From NCBI GenBank assembly GCA_964235665.1, contig CAXSAY010000007.1:30896-94895 (forward strand): DNA of 64,000 nucleotides, in the 5' to 3' direction. A program made the translations under genes and the position numbers. Shown here piece by piece: positions 9,889 through 18,098 of this stretch; within the stretch, counting starts at the first letter, position 1, and each line of letters begins with the position of its first letter. The notes beneath the pieces were generated by a model. It worked only from the letters and a program-made list of their open reading frames with translations. It had not been told where the DNA came from and did no database searches. The stretch comes from an uncultured Acidobacteriaceae bacterium. GTDB taxonomy: Bacteria > Acidobacteriota > Terriglobia > Terriglobales > Acidobacteriaceae.

Positions 9889-11190
9889 CTAGCTCGTTGC
9901 TCCGCTTACCGCCAGGCAGCTTGCATGTGTCACTGCCGTAAAGCTTGAGCCATGCTGCAGCGGCCCAAGCTCTCCCGTCGACGTGTTCAGCCTAAATCCG
10001 CTTACAGTGCCATCACTGTTGGACGTATAGAAGTATTTATTTGTGGGGTCCTCGATCATACAGGTCGGACCAGACCCGACGGCATATGGATTATTCTGCG
10101 TGCCAAGTCTCGTCAGCTTGCCCGTGGCATCAACGCTGAATGCCGAGATCGAGCTGTTCACCTGGGAGGCATCCGCATTCGATTGATTGAGCACATAGAC
10201 AAACTTGCTGCTACGCGCTTCGGTTACGGTCCAAACTGGTGTTCGTGCAGGGGAGATGTTCTGAACGCTACCTCCGACCACGGCGTTGAGAGCGCAGCTC
10301 GTGCCCACCGTGTACGGAAGGATCATTCCAGAGGTCGTAGGAGCGCCGCTAGAATCAGTCGGTCCGATATCCGTTAGATAAAGGAATGCTCCACTTCCAT
10401 TCGTGACGGAGGACGCATTGACAGCGGCCGTAGGCACGTTGCCGCTTACCGTCGTCGTCAACTGTCCGCCTGCCGCGATCTGATAGGGAAAGACAAAGGT
10501 GTTTGGCACCTTTGTTGACGTGGTGCTTGGCGCGTTGCCATCCAGAATGAACAGGCAGCTGCTCGCCTGCAACCGCATCATCGTCGGGTTCTGGCCGACC
10601 GGGAAATAAAGAATATTCTGGTCGTTCGCATCCTTCACCTGCTGGTTGGTCACAATCGAGAGCCGCCCGGTGTCAGCAGCAATGGTGAACACAGTGACGT
10701 CGCCCTGCTGGTTGTTGGCGTAGGGCGAGCCCGCCGGCGCCAGGCTGTCGAGCACATAGAGGAATCCGCCGGATGTGTCGGCTGACGCCCACACAGGCGA
10801 CGCTCCAGCCGTGTCGTACGTCTCTTGGAACGTCAACGTGCCGTCGCCGCCGACACTGAATTCAGAGACATTTCCGTCCCGGTTCGTAACGCCTTGTGCG
10901 TTCAACGTGCCCTTGTTGACCACGTACACGTACCGTCCGCCGGCTCGCACGACGGGAACGCCAGGGTTCACCCCGACAGAGTTAAACGGAGATTTTGGAA
11001 TCGTCGTCAGGTTCCCTGTGAAGTCATCGATCTTGTAACCAACAATCGAGCTTGCCGTTGTTCCCGTCGCGGTGGTTCCCGTTACCCACATGAAGCCGAC
11101 TGTTCCGCCGCCACATGCCGTCATACCCAGACCAAGTGCTACCGAGGCCGCCAGTGCCATCGAGACACGGCCAATCTTGCTGAACTTCAT
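9889..11190 (-). CDS. beta-propeller lactonase-family lipoprotein, paralog 2
   Basis: Lipoprotein signal MKFSKIGRVSMALAASVALGLGMTAC. Blade motifs GRYVYVVNKG, GGFLYVLDS, GAFLYLTD, SKFVYVLNQSN, NKYFYTSNSDGTVSGF. Clearly paralogous to 8535-9788. Confidence 0.75.
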   Translation of the reverse strand: MKFSKIGRVSMALAASVALGLGMTACGGGTVGFMWVTGTTATGTTASSIVGYKIDDFTGNLTTIPKSPFNSVGVNPGVPVVRAGGRYVYVVNKGTLNAQGVTNRDGNVSEFSVGGDGTLTFQETYDTAGASPVWASADTSGGFLYVLDSLAPAGSPYANNQQGDVTVFTIAADTGRLSIVTNQQVKDANDQNILYFPVGQNPTMMRLQASSCLFILDGNAPSTTSTKVPNTFVFPYQIAAGGQLTTTVSGNVPTAAVNASSVTNGSGAFLYLTDIGPTDSSGAPTTSGMILPYTVGTSCALNAVVGGSVQNISPARTPVWTVTEARSSKFVYVLNQSNADASQVNSSISAFSVDATGKLTRLGTQNNPYAVGSGPTCMIEDPTNKYFYTSNSDGTVSGFRLNTSTGELGPLQHGSSFTAVTHASCLAVSGATS

Positions 11191-11412
11191 GCGCTTCCTT
11201 CACCCTTGCAGATCGCTTTCAGCGCACACCGGGCGCTGAAGAGGACCGACATGCCATCAGGGATTCATTTCCCATAATTGTAGAAGCTGGCGAGCGTTTG
11301 CGCCACTTGCCAGCAACCCGTCACAACCTTTGGTCATCTTTCACCAGACGAAAAACGGAGGAGAAACGCCGTCGCGCTCTCCCCCGTACTTCAGCCTGCT
11401 TAAGCCTCACAT

Positions 11413-13488
11413 CTACCAGGTGCGGCAGACATTCGTCGGCATCATCGGCTGGCCGGTCTTGCAGCTGAAGGCCTTGCCGAACTCTTCGAAGTTCTGCACC
11501 GTGCCGTTGGTCCGCCACTCGCCGCTGCTGTGTGGGTCCGTCTTCGCCCGCACCCGCGCCGCCTGCTCCGTGATGTTCTGGCACCAGACCTGCCCGAAGG
11601 AGATAAAGAAGCGCTGCTGCGGCGTGTAGCCGTCCTTCTTGCCGCTCGCGAAGTTCGGTCCATCCCCGCTCTTGGCAAGCGTCTCCTCAAGCGCCTGGAA
11701 CGCGATGCGAATGCCGCCATTGTCAGCCGTGTTCTCACCGAGCGTCAGATGCCCGTTCAGCTTCTGCCCGGGCGCCACCTCAAACCCGTCGTACTCCTTT
11801 GCCGTGCACTCCGTGCGCTCCTCAAACTTCTTTTTGTCTTCGTCCGTCCACCACTGCCGCACGTTGCCGTTCAGGTCGTACTTCGATCCTTCATCATCAA
11901 AGCCGTGTGTCATCTCGTGGCCGATCACGACACCGATGCCGCCAAAGTTCACGCCCGGATCCTGATGGTTGTCAAAGAATGGCGGCTGCAAGATGCCGGC
12001 AGGGAAGTTAATGTCGTTCTGCGCCGGGTTGTAGTACGCATTCACCGTCGGTGGCGTCATGCCCCACTCCCGCTCATCCACCGGCTTGCCCAGCTTGGCG
12101 TTCTCGTACTTGGCCTCAAAGATCGCCGATTGCTCTTCGTTGCCGAGCAGATCGTCCCGCTTCACCGGAAGGCTGGAGTAGTCGCGCCACTTCTCCGGAT
12201 AGCCAATCTTGTCCTTGATCGTATCCAGCTTCTTGCGTGCCTCCACCTTGGTCGCCTCGCTCATCCACGGCAGCTGCTTGATGTCCTCGGCCATCGCCGT
12301 TTCGAGCGCCCGCACCAGCCGCTCCATGTTGTCCTTCGCGTCCGGCGGAAAGTTCTGCTTCACCCAGTCCTGTCCCACAGCCTCGCCCAGCGCGCGGTCG
12401 GTCCGCGTGGTGCACTGCTTCCACCGCGGCTGCTGCTCCTTCTGCCCGTTCAGCGTCTGAGAAAAAAACGCAAAGTTCTCATCGACAATCGGCTTCGCCA
12501 GCAGCGGCGCTGCGCCATGCAGCGCATGCCATCGCAGGTAGTGCTTCACCGCCTCCGGCTTCTCGGTTGCCAACACCTGCTGCACTGCCTTCACGTAGCC
12601 AGGCGAGCTCACATTCAGCGTCTTCGCCGCACCCAGCCCGACCCCGTTCAGGTACTGCCCCCAGTTGAAGCTCGGGCTCAGCGCGTCCACTTGGTCGATC
12701 GTCATGATGTGGTACACGTTGTCCGGGTTCCGACGCTCCACCCGGCTCATCGAGCCCGTGGCCAGCGCCGTCTCGATCCGCATCACATCCGCTGCTTCCG
12801 CCTTGGCCATCTCTGGCGAGTCACCCGCCAATCCGAACATCTTCTCCACGTGCGCGAGGTACTGCGCGCGGATGGTCTTCGACCGCTCGTCATCATTCAG
12901 GTAGTAGTCCCGGTCCGGCAGCGAGAGGCCGCCCTGGCCCGTCGCCGCAATCTGCTTGGTCGAGTCCTTCTGGTCCTGGTCCACACCCGATCCGAAAAAT
13001 CCGCCGCCACCGTGCTGCTGAAACTCCGTGACCTCGTACGCCGCCAGATCCCCGTTGCTCTTCAGTCCGTCGATCAGCGCGAACTCCGGTGCGATTGGCT
13101 TTACGCCCAGTGCGTCCACCCGGCTCACGTCCATGCACGCCGCAAAGAAGTTGCCGTACTGCGTCTGCAGCGGCGACTTCGGGGCATCCGCCGCCTTCTT
13201 CAGATCCGCATAAAGCAGGTAGTTATTACGCTCGCCCAGCTCGTCAAACCGTCCCCAGCGCACCCGGTCGCCCGGAATCGGGTTCGCCTTCAGCCAGTTG
13301 CCGCAGGCGTATTGATAGAAATTTGTGCATGGGTCAGCCGTCTTGTCGATCGACGTCACGTCAAAGCTGATCGGCTTCTTGGGCTCACTCGTCGGCCCCG
13401 TTGCTGTATCAGAGCCGATAAACCCCTGCGCGGAACAGACCGCACCCGAAATCACCAGAACACACGCCATCGCTCGAACCAAAGCCAT
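11413..13488 (-). CDS. M13 family zinc metallopeptidase (PepO / endothelin-converting-enzyme-like), secreted
   Basis: HEMTHGFDD zinc motif, NAYYNP and GENTADNGG motifs, C-terminal CRTW. Signal peptide MALVRAMACVLVISGAVCSAQG, so start set at 13488 rather than 13626. Confidence 0.9.
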   Translation of the reverse strand: MALVRAMACVLVISGAVCSAQGFIGSDTATGPTSEPKKPISFDVTSIDKTADPCTNFYQYACGNWLKANPIPGDRVRWGRFDELGERNNYLLYADLKKAADAPKSPLQTQYGNFFAACMDVSRVDALGVKPIAPEFALIDGLKSNGDLAAYEVTEFQQHGGGGFFGSGVDQDQKDSTKQIAATGQGGLSLPDRDYYLNDDERSKTIRAQYLAHVEKMFGLAGDSPEMAKAEAADVMRIETALATGSMSRVERRNPDNVYHIMTIDQVDALSPSFNWGQYLNGVGLGAAKTLNVSSPGYVKAVQQVLATEKPEAVKHYLRWHALHGAAPLLAKPIVDENFAFFSQTLNGQKEQQPRWKQCTTRTDRALGEAVGQDWVKQNFPPDAKDNMERLVRALETAMAEDIKQLPWMSEATKVEARKKLDTIKDKIGYPEKWRDYSSLPVKRDDLLGNEEQSAIFEAKYENAKLGKPVDEREWGMTPPTVNAYYNPAQNDINFPAGILQPPFFDNHQDPGVNFGGIGVVIGHEMTHGFDDEGSKYDLNGNVRQWWTDEDKKKFEERTECTAKEYDGFEVAPGQKLNGHLTLGENTADNGGIRIAFQALEETLAKSGDGPNFASGKKDGYTPQQRFFISFGQVWCQNITEQAARVRAKTDPHSSGEWRTNGTVQNFEEFGKAFSCKTGQPMMPTNVCRTW

Positions 13489-13597
13489 CTCCAGAAAAGG
13501 GAAGTGCAGGCCGCCTGTGGCAGCAGTCACCGCACCCACATCATCGCATCGCCGGCTCTCTTCGTAAAAGGGCAAACGCGGAGACGGCCTGCGAGCC

Positions 13598-14632
13598 TTA
13601 GCGGACGCCGCGGGACAAACCCGCATCCGCTCCGTTCATGACTGATCCCCGTCGCCGCAGCACCTCTTCCAGCTCGACTGCAAACGTCACTCCTACCAGC
13701 GCACTCAGCTCACCAAAGATTCGCGTCTCCCGCCACACCCCCACCACCAGCGCGGCCAGTAAAAATGGGATCGTTCCCCACCAAAGCCCACGCAAACGGC
13801 GGTCGGTCACAGCGGCGCGCAGCAGCCACATCGGGATCGCCAGAAATCCGAACACCTCCAGCAGCTGCGGCCAATGCAGCGGCACCACTACCGACATCAG
13901 GTTGTTCCGCCACGGCAGGTCCCACTGCTGCCGGGCCTCGTGCAGCAGCCGTCCGATCTCCCACCGCCACGCCGCCCAGATCGCCAGCCCGGCCCCGCTA
14001 TAGGCAATCGCTGCTCCGCGCCGACCCTCACGCCACAGCAGCACACACCAGGTCGGCAGCAGAAACAGAGCCGTCTCCCGATTCGGCGTCGCGGCTGCCA
14101 TCACCAGCAGCAGCAGCCATCCCCTGCGCGCCGTCACGGCCAGCAGACCCACGCTGTAGAACAGCAGCGAAAGCTGGTCGTAGGGCATCGTGAAGCGCTG
14201 TTCAAAGTGCACGACATAGGTCAGCGCGACCACCAGCATCGTGACTAACGGCGCCAGCCACGTCGTCTCTGGTGCCGGCTCGATCTCGCGCCGCAGCGCC
14301 ACAGCCACAGGCAGCAGCAAGAGCAAGCACGCGCAGTTCACTAGCGAGACCGCCAGATCCTCCGGTGACCCTACCGTCTTACGAAATCCTGCCTCATAGA
14401 GGCTCAGAAATCCGCGGCTCCGCTCTGCAGCGCGCAGCGGATATGCCATCAGCACGCGCTCCTGAAACGGAGACTTCTCCTCCAGGCGCGCATACCGCTT
14501 CAGGTCCAGCAGGTTCTCATTCTGAGACGTGGACGCACGGCCTACGCAGACCGCCATCGCCACCAGCAACACCCAGATCCACCGCGACAGGCTCTTCGGC
14601 ACTCCGCCCTGGCTCGTAGTTGCTGCAGGCAT
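13598..14632 (-). CDS. uncharacterised polytopic membrane protein (about 8 TM)
   Basis: 344 aa with multiple hydrophobic helices and Arg/Trp-rich loops (NRETALFL, WRETRIFGE). Its start lies 4 nt after the MlaD-family stop. No family recognised. Confidence 0.55.
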   Translation of the reverse strand: MPAATTSQGGVPKSLSRWIWVLLVAMAVCVGRASTSQNENLLDLKRYARLEEKSPFQERVLMAYPLRAAERSRGFLSLYEAGFRKTVGSPEDLAVSLVNCACLLLLLPVAVALRREIEPAPETTWLAPLVTMLVVALTYVVHFEQRFTMPYDQLSLLFYSVGLLAVTARRGWLLLLVMAAATPNRETALFLLPTWCVLLWREGRRGAAIAYSGAGLAIWAAWRWEIGRLLHEARQQWDLPWRNNLMSVVVPLHWPQLLEVFGFLAIPMWLLRAAVTDRRLRGLWWGTIPFLLAALVVGVWRETRIFGELSALVGVTFAVELEEVLRRRGSVMNGADAGLSRGVR

Positions 14633-14636
14633 CGGT

Positions 14637-15722
14637 CTAGAAGATCTTCAGATGGATCGTCAGATATTTTTTCGGGTCTGAACGGATTGTGTCCATTAGC
14701 AACGTGCTCTGCGTCAGCAGCTTGTTGAGATTCGTGTACGCCTGGTCATCCGTCGCCAGCTTGCCCAACGTTCCGCGCCCCTGGTCGATACCCGCTACCA
14801 GCGTATTCACCTGCGTCAACGTGTCCGCGAGCTGCTGCCGGAACTGCGGGTCCTTGGCCAGCAGACCCAGCGCACCCTTGCCTGCGTTCGCATCGCTCAG
14901 CAGCTGGTTCGCATTCGCAATGGTACTGTTCAAGTTGGTATACAGCTGCTCATCCTTTAGCAGCTTACCCGCTGATCCCTGCCCATTCTGCAGACCCGCT
15001 GTAATCGAATCCACTCGCCCGATCGTTTCATTGATCCGGTTGTAGAGCGCATCGTCGTTCATCAGCTTGCCGACTGTCCCCTTGCCCTGGTTTAGATTCA
15101 CTGCCAGTTGATGCAGCTCATCCACCGTCGCGTTCGCCTTGTTGTACAGGTCCGGATTGTTAATGAGCTGCCCGACCGATCCCTTGCCGTTCTGCAAGTT
15201 ATCGACGATCGTGTTCATCTTTGCCAAAATGACATTTAGGCTCTCGATTGTTCCCTGGCTCGCCTTCACCACGTCCTGCAGGTTCGGCGTCTCAAGCGTC
15301 TTTACCTCATCGCCGCTATCGAGAGGCGGCCCCACGGCGTACTGGCTGTTGATGTCGACCACCGTATCGCCCAGCACACCCACCGTACTCAGCGAAGCCT
15401 TCGAGTCCTTCTTCAGATCCTTGGCATACTTGGTATCGAGCTTCATCGTCACCATCACCGGCGTCAACTTTCGCTCGGCGGCGCTCGTGATCACGATCGT
15501 CTTTACTGTTCCGATCGTCACGCCCTGCAGATTCACCGCCGCGCCTTCCTTCAGACCGGCCGAGTTCTCAAAGTAGGTCGTGACCTGGATCTTGTGCGAG
15601 AACAGCCCCAGCCCCGACGAGCTCGTCATCAGAAACAGCAGCGTGATCAGCACGATCGACGCGATCAGCACAATCACGCCAACCTTCAACTGCGACCACC
15701 GCACCTCCTGCTGACTCGGCAT
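14637..15722 (-). CDS. MlaD/MCE-family protein with C-terminal tandem repeats
   Basis: N-terminal TM (VGVIVLIASIVLITLLFL) followed by an MCE core (TYFENSAGLKEGAAVNLQGVTIGTVKTI). The C-terminal half is five 34-aa repeats. Confidence 0.85.
   Translation of the reverse strand: MPSQQEVRWSQLKVGVIVLIASIVLITLLFLMTSSSGLGLFSHKIQVTTYFENSAGLKEGAAVNLQGVTIGTVKTIVITSAAERKLTPVMVTMKLDTKYAKDLKKDSKASLSTVGVLGDTVVDINSQYAVGPPLDSGDEVKTLETPNLQDVVKASQGTIESLNVILAKMNTIVDNLQNGKGSVGQLINNPDLYNKANATVDELHQLAVNLNQGKGTVGKLMNDDALYNRINETIGRVDSITAGLQNGQGSAGKLLKDEQLYTNLNSTIANANQLLSDANAGKGALGLLAKDPQFRQQLADTLTQVNTLVAGIDQGRGTLGKLATDDQAYTNLNKLLTQSTLLMDTIRSDPKKYLTIHLKIF
14679..15188 (-). repeat. five in-frame tandem 34-codon repeats inside the MlaD-family gene
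   Basis: Repeat units start at residues 179, 213, 247, 281 and 315: GKGSVGQLINNPDLYNK..., GKGTVGKLMNDDALYNR..., GQGSAGKLLKDEQLYTN..., GKGALGLLAKDPQFRQQ..., GRGTLGKLATDDQAYTN... Confidence 0.85.
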
Positions 15723-15907
15723 AGCTCTCCCTTACCTGCAAACCCAACTTATACGGTCAACTTCACCGCATCCAGACCCCATCGGTGGGATCGCCGTCCG
15801 TCGAGCATACCGCAGCTCACGCGCCGTCGCCCTCTTTCTGTCGGGTATGTCTATGAAAGGATGCTGGAACGGCAACGGAGGGTTCAGAAATCACCCCGCA
15901 CCACCCC

Positions 15908-16297
15908 TCACGACTCACGACCTTCCACAAGCACGATCGCCATGGCCATCTCCCGGCTGTGCGTGAGCGAGAGCTGCGTCGCCACCACGCCCATCGCCTG
16001 TGCCCGCTCGAGCGCCCGCCCGCTCCACACAATCCCTGGTTTGCCTCCGCGCTCATTGCGAACCTCGATCTCCGTCCATCGCACCCCACGGCTGATCCCC
16101 GTTCCCAACGCCTTTGCCCCCGCCTCCTTCGCAGCAAATCGCGCCGCAAAGCTCTCCGCCGCCCCATGCACCTTTGTTCGGCAGTAGGCGATCTCAAACG
16201 GCGTAAACACCCGCTCGAGGAACCGGTCCCCGAATCGCTCGACGCTCCGTCGCACCCGCTCGATCTCAATCAGATCCGTCCCTACCCCCAGAATCAC
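15908..16297 (-). CDS. acpS: holo-[acyl-carrier-protein] synthase
   Basis: VILGVGTDLIEIERV...FTPFEIAYC...AARFAAKEA..KALG motifs. GTG start at 16297 is preceded by GGAGGT 6 nt upstream. The track ORF extends to 16402. Confidence 0.9.
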   Translation of the reverse strand: MILGVGTDLIEIERVRRSVERFGDRFLERVFTPFEIAYCRTKVHGAAESFAARFAAKEAGAKALGTGISRGVRWTEIEVRNERGGKPGIVWSGRALERAQAMGVVATQLSLTHSREMAMAIVLVEGRES

Positions 16298-16473
16298 CCG
16301 CTCACCTCCATCGCAGCAGCCTACGCCATCCCTTCTGCCACCCGCCCTTGCACACGTTGCCATCCCCCGTACGGGTAAGAAAATGCTGCGAAAGTGGTGC
16401 AAAATTTGAGCTCTTTTCCTCCCATAAACGGTAGGCTTCTGCTAACGCATCTTTGCGCCCAAGGAGCTCCACC

Positions 16474-16644
16474 ATGCAGAAGTCCCTTCGTTTGCTCGCC
16501 GTTGCCTTTGCCCTCTCCCTCACCGCCGCCACTTCGCTTCACGCTGAACAGACCGGATGCAATCCGCACCCCCAGGTCGCGCGTCCTTCGAATAGCGCCC
16601 TTGGTTCCTTTGTCTACACTGTGCGTAGCTTCTTCGGGCTCTAA
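16474..16644 (+). CDS. small secreted peptide precursor (56 aa), unknown family
   Basis: AAGGAG at 16461-16466, 7 nt before ATG 16474. Classical Sec signal MQKSLRLLAVAFALSLTAATSLHA then EQTGCNPHPQVARPSNSALGSFVYTVRSFFGL (32 aa, one Cys). Confidence 0.6.
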   Translation: MQKSLRLLAVAFALSLTAATSLHAEQTGCNPHPQVARPSNSALGSFVYTVRSFFGL

Positions 16645-16666
16645 TTAGCGGATCGGAACCGCTCCT

Positions 16667-17392
16667 ATGAACCTCTCGACCTTGGACAACGTTCTGTGGG
16701 TGACGAGCTTTGCCGGCCACGTCACCCTTCTCTTTGTTCTGGTCGGTCGTTCCCGTTGGCGCTCTTTTCCTGTCTTCACCTGCTTTGTCGCATACGCCGT
16801 CTTCCGCACGATCCTGCTCTTTTTCGTGTTGCGTCACGGTACACGCCACGGCTACTTTCTCGCCTATTGGATGACCGGCTTCGCCGACTACGCCTTCCAG
16901 ATCGCCCTCATCCTGGAAATCGCTCTCGACGTCCTTCGTCCCGGCGGCCGATGGGTGCTCGAAGCCCGGCGGGCGTTCCTCGTCTGGGGCTTCGCCGGTC
17001 TCCTTCTGGCCGCCACCATCTCCCTCTACATGGGGGCGCCCGAGTCGAAAGGTCTCGATCTCTGGGACGCTCGGATTACCGTCTTCACCTCTCTGCTCAC
17101 CTGCGGCCTCTTTCTCGCAATGGCTAGCGCCGCCAATCGCCTCGGCCTCGGTCGGCGAAGCTACGTTCTCGCCATCGGTCAGGGCCTTACCACCTGGGCC
17201 TTCGTCGCCCTGCTCGAGGACTTCGGCCATGTCGCCCTCGGCTGGAATCACCAGTTCATCGTCTTGGTGCACGTTCGAATGCTGGTCTACCTCGCCGTCC
17301 TCGTGTACTGGATCACGACTTTCTGGCGTCCCGAGAGCTCGCACGCGCACATTTCCACCAGACCTGCCGAAATTCCGGTTGTTCTTCGGTAA
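16667..17392 (+). CDS. uncharacterised polytopic membrane protein (about 7 TM)
   Basis: 241 aa. Starts 22 nt after the small peptide gene. Hydrophobic helices separated by Arg-rich loops. No family recognised. Confidence 0.6.
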   Translation: MNLSTLDNVLWVTSFAGHVTLLFVLVGRSRWRSFPVFTCFVAYAVFRTILLFFVLRHGTRHGYFLAYWMTGFADYAFQIALILEIALDVLRPGGRWVLEARRAFLVWGFAGLLLAATISLYMGAPESKGLDLWDARITVFTSLLTCGLFLAMASAANRLGLGRRSYVLAIGQGLTTWAFVALLEDFGHVALGWNHQFIVLVHVRMLVYLAVLVYWITTFWRPESSHAHISTRPAEIPVVLR

Positions 17393-17433
17393 CGTGTCCA
17401 GTATGCTCAGGTCGAGAACGACGGCCCACCCTT

Positions 17434-17964
17434 ATGAGCTTTGTGGCTATCTTTGGAATGACGATCCTTGGTGTTGGTGGCGCTCTCTTTGAAAGCCATC
17501 GTAAGGCAGCCTCGTTGTCCCGCCTGGGCTGGGACGATCTGCTCGCCCGTCTCAAGCCGGTCAGCGCTGAAGGCATCAATGCCATCGCGCTGGACTACCT
17601 TCAGCCCAAAAAAGGACAGGTCTCGATCGAAACGGACAAGCTTTGGACCCTGATCGGAGGCTTCGATGGGATCCAACGTCTCCATGCCAACGCTGACGTC
17701 CTGCTCGCCCTCGCCGGCTACGCCCAGCGCTGGAATCCCGGCGAAAGCCTGATCGTCGTTGAGCGTATGCGGCGCGATGGCATCGCCCTCCGTCGCGCCT
17801 CGCGCAAGCTGCTGCTCAGCCTTCCCCTCGGTCTCGGCAGAACGCGTGGTCCCTTCAATGTTCAGGAGGCCGCCGGCGCCTACTACCTCATGCGCCAGCG
17901 CCTGCTCGCCCTCTACGAAACCAGCCACATCGGCCGATACCCCGAGCTGGCCGCCGTCCTCTAA
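17434..17964 (+). CDS. uncharacterised protein with N-terminal TM anchor
   Basis: 176 aa. MSFVAIFGMTILGVGGALF anchor followed by a soluble helical region. Same strand, 41 nt after the preceding gene. Confidence 0.55.
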   Translation: MSFVAIFGMTILGVGGALFESHRKAASLSRLGWDDLLARLKPVSAEGINAIALDYLQPKKGQVSIETDKLWTLIGGFDGIQRLHANADVLLALAGYAQRWNPGESLIVVERMRRDGIALRRASRKLLLSLPLGLGRTRGPFNVQEAAGAYYLMRQRLLALYETSHIGRYPELAAVL

Positions 17965-18005
17965 AGCCGCAAGACATCGCCATCACGCATACCATTGCTG
18001 CGCCG

Positions 18006-18033
18006 ATGGAGCCCGCACGCTGGCCGGCTCCAT
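18006..18033. terminator. hairpin between convergent genes
   Basis: atggagcc (18006-18013) pairs with ggctccat (18026-18033), 12-nt loop. No strong U-tract. Confidence 0.35.
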
Positions 18034-18098
18034 AAGCGCCGCTATCGCCCACCTCATGTTTCTGTTTGCCTTGGGCCAGCGGCCGTCACCTGGTCTTG

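Noticed and set aside
11530-13641. 703-aa ORF on the plus strand spanning the whole M13 peptidase locus
   Set aside because: It is exactly antisense to a gene with unmistakable M13 motifs. The translation is Arg/Leu/His/Pro-rich low-complexity with no domain features. This is the classic stop-free shadow frame of high-GC DNA.
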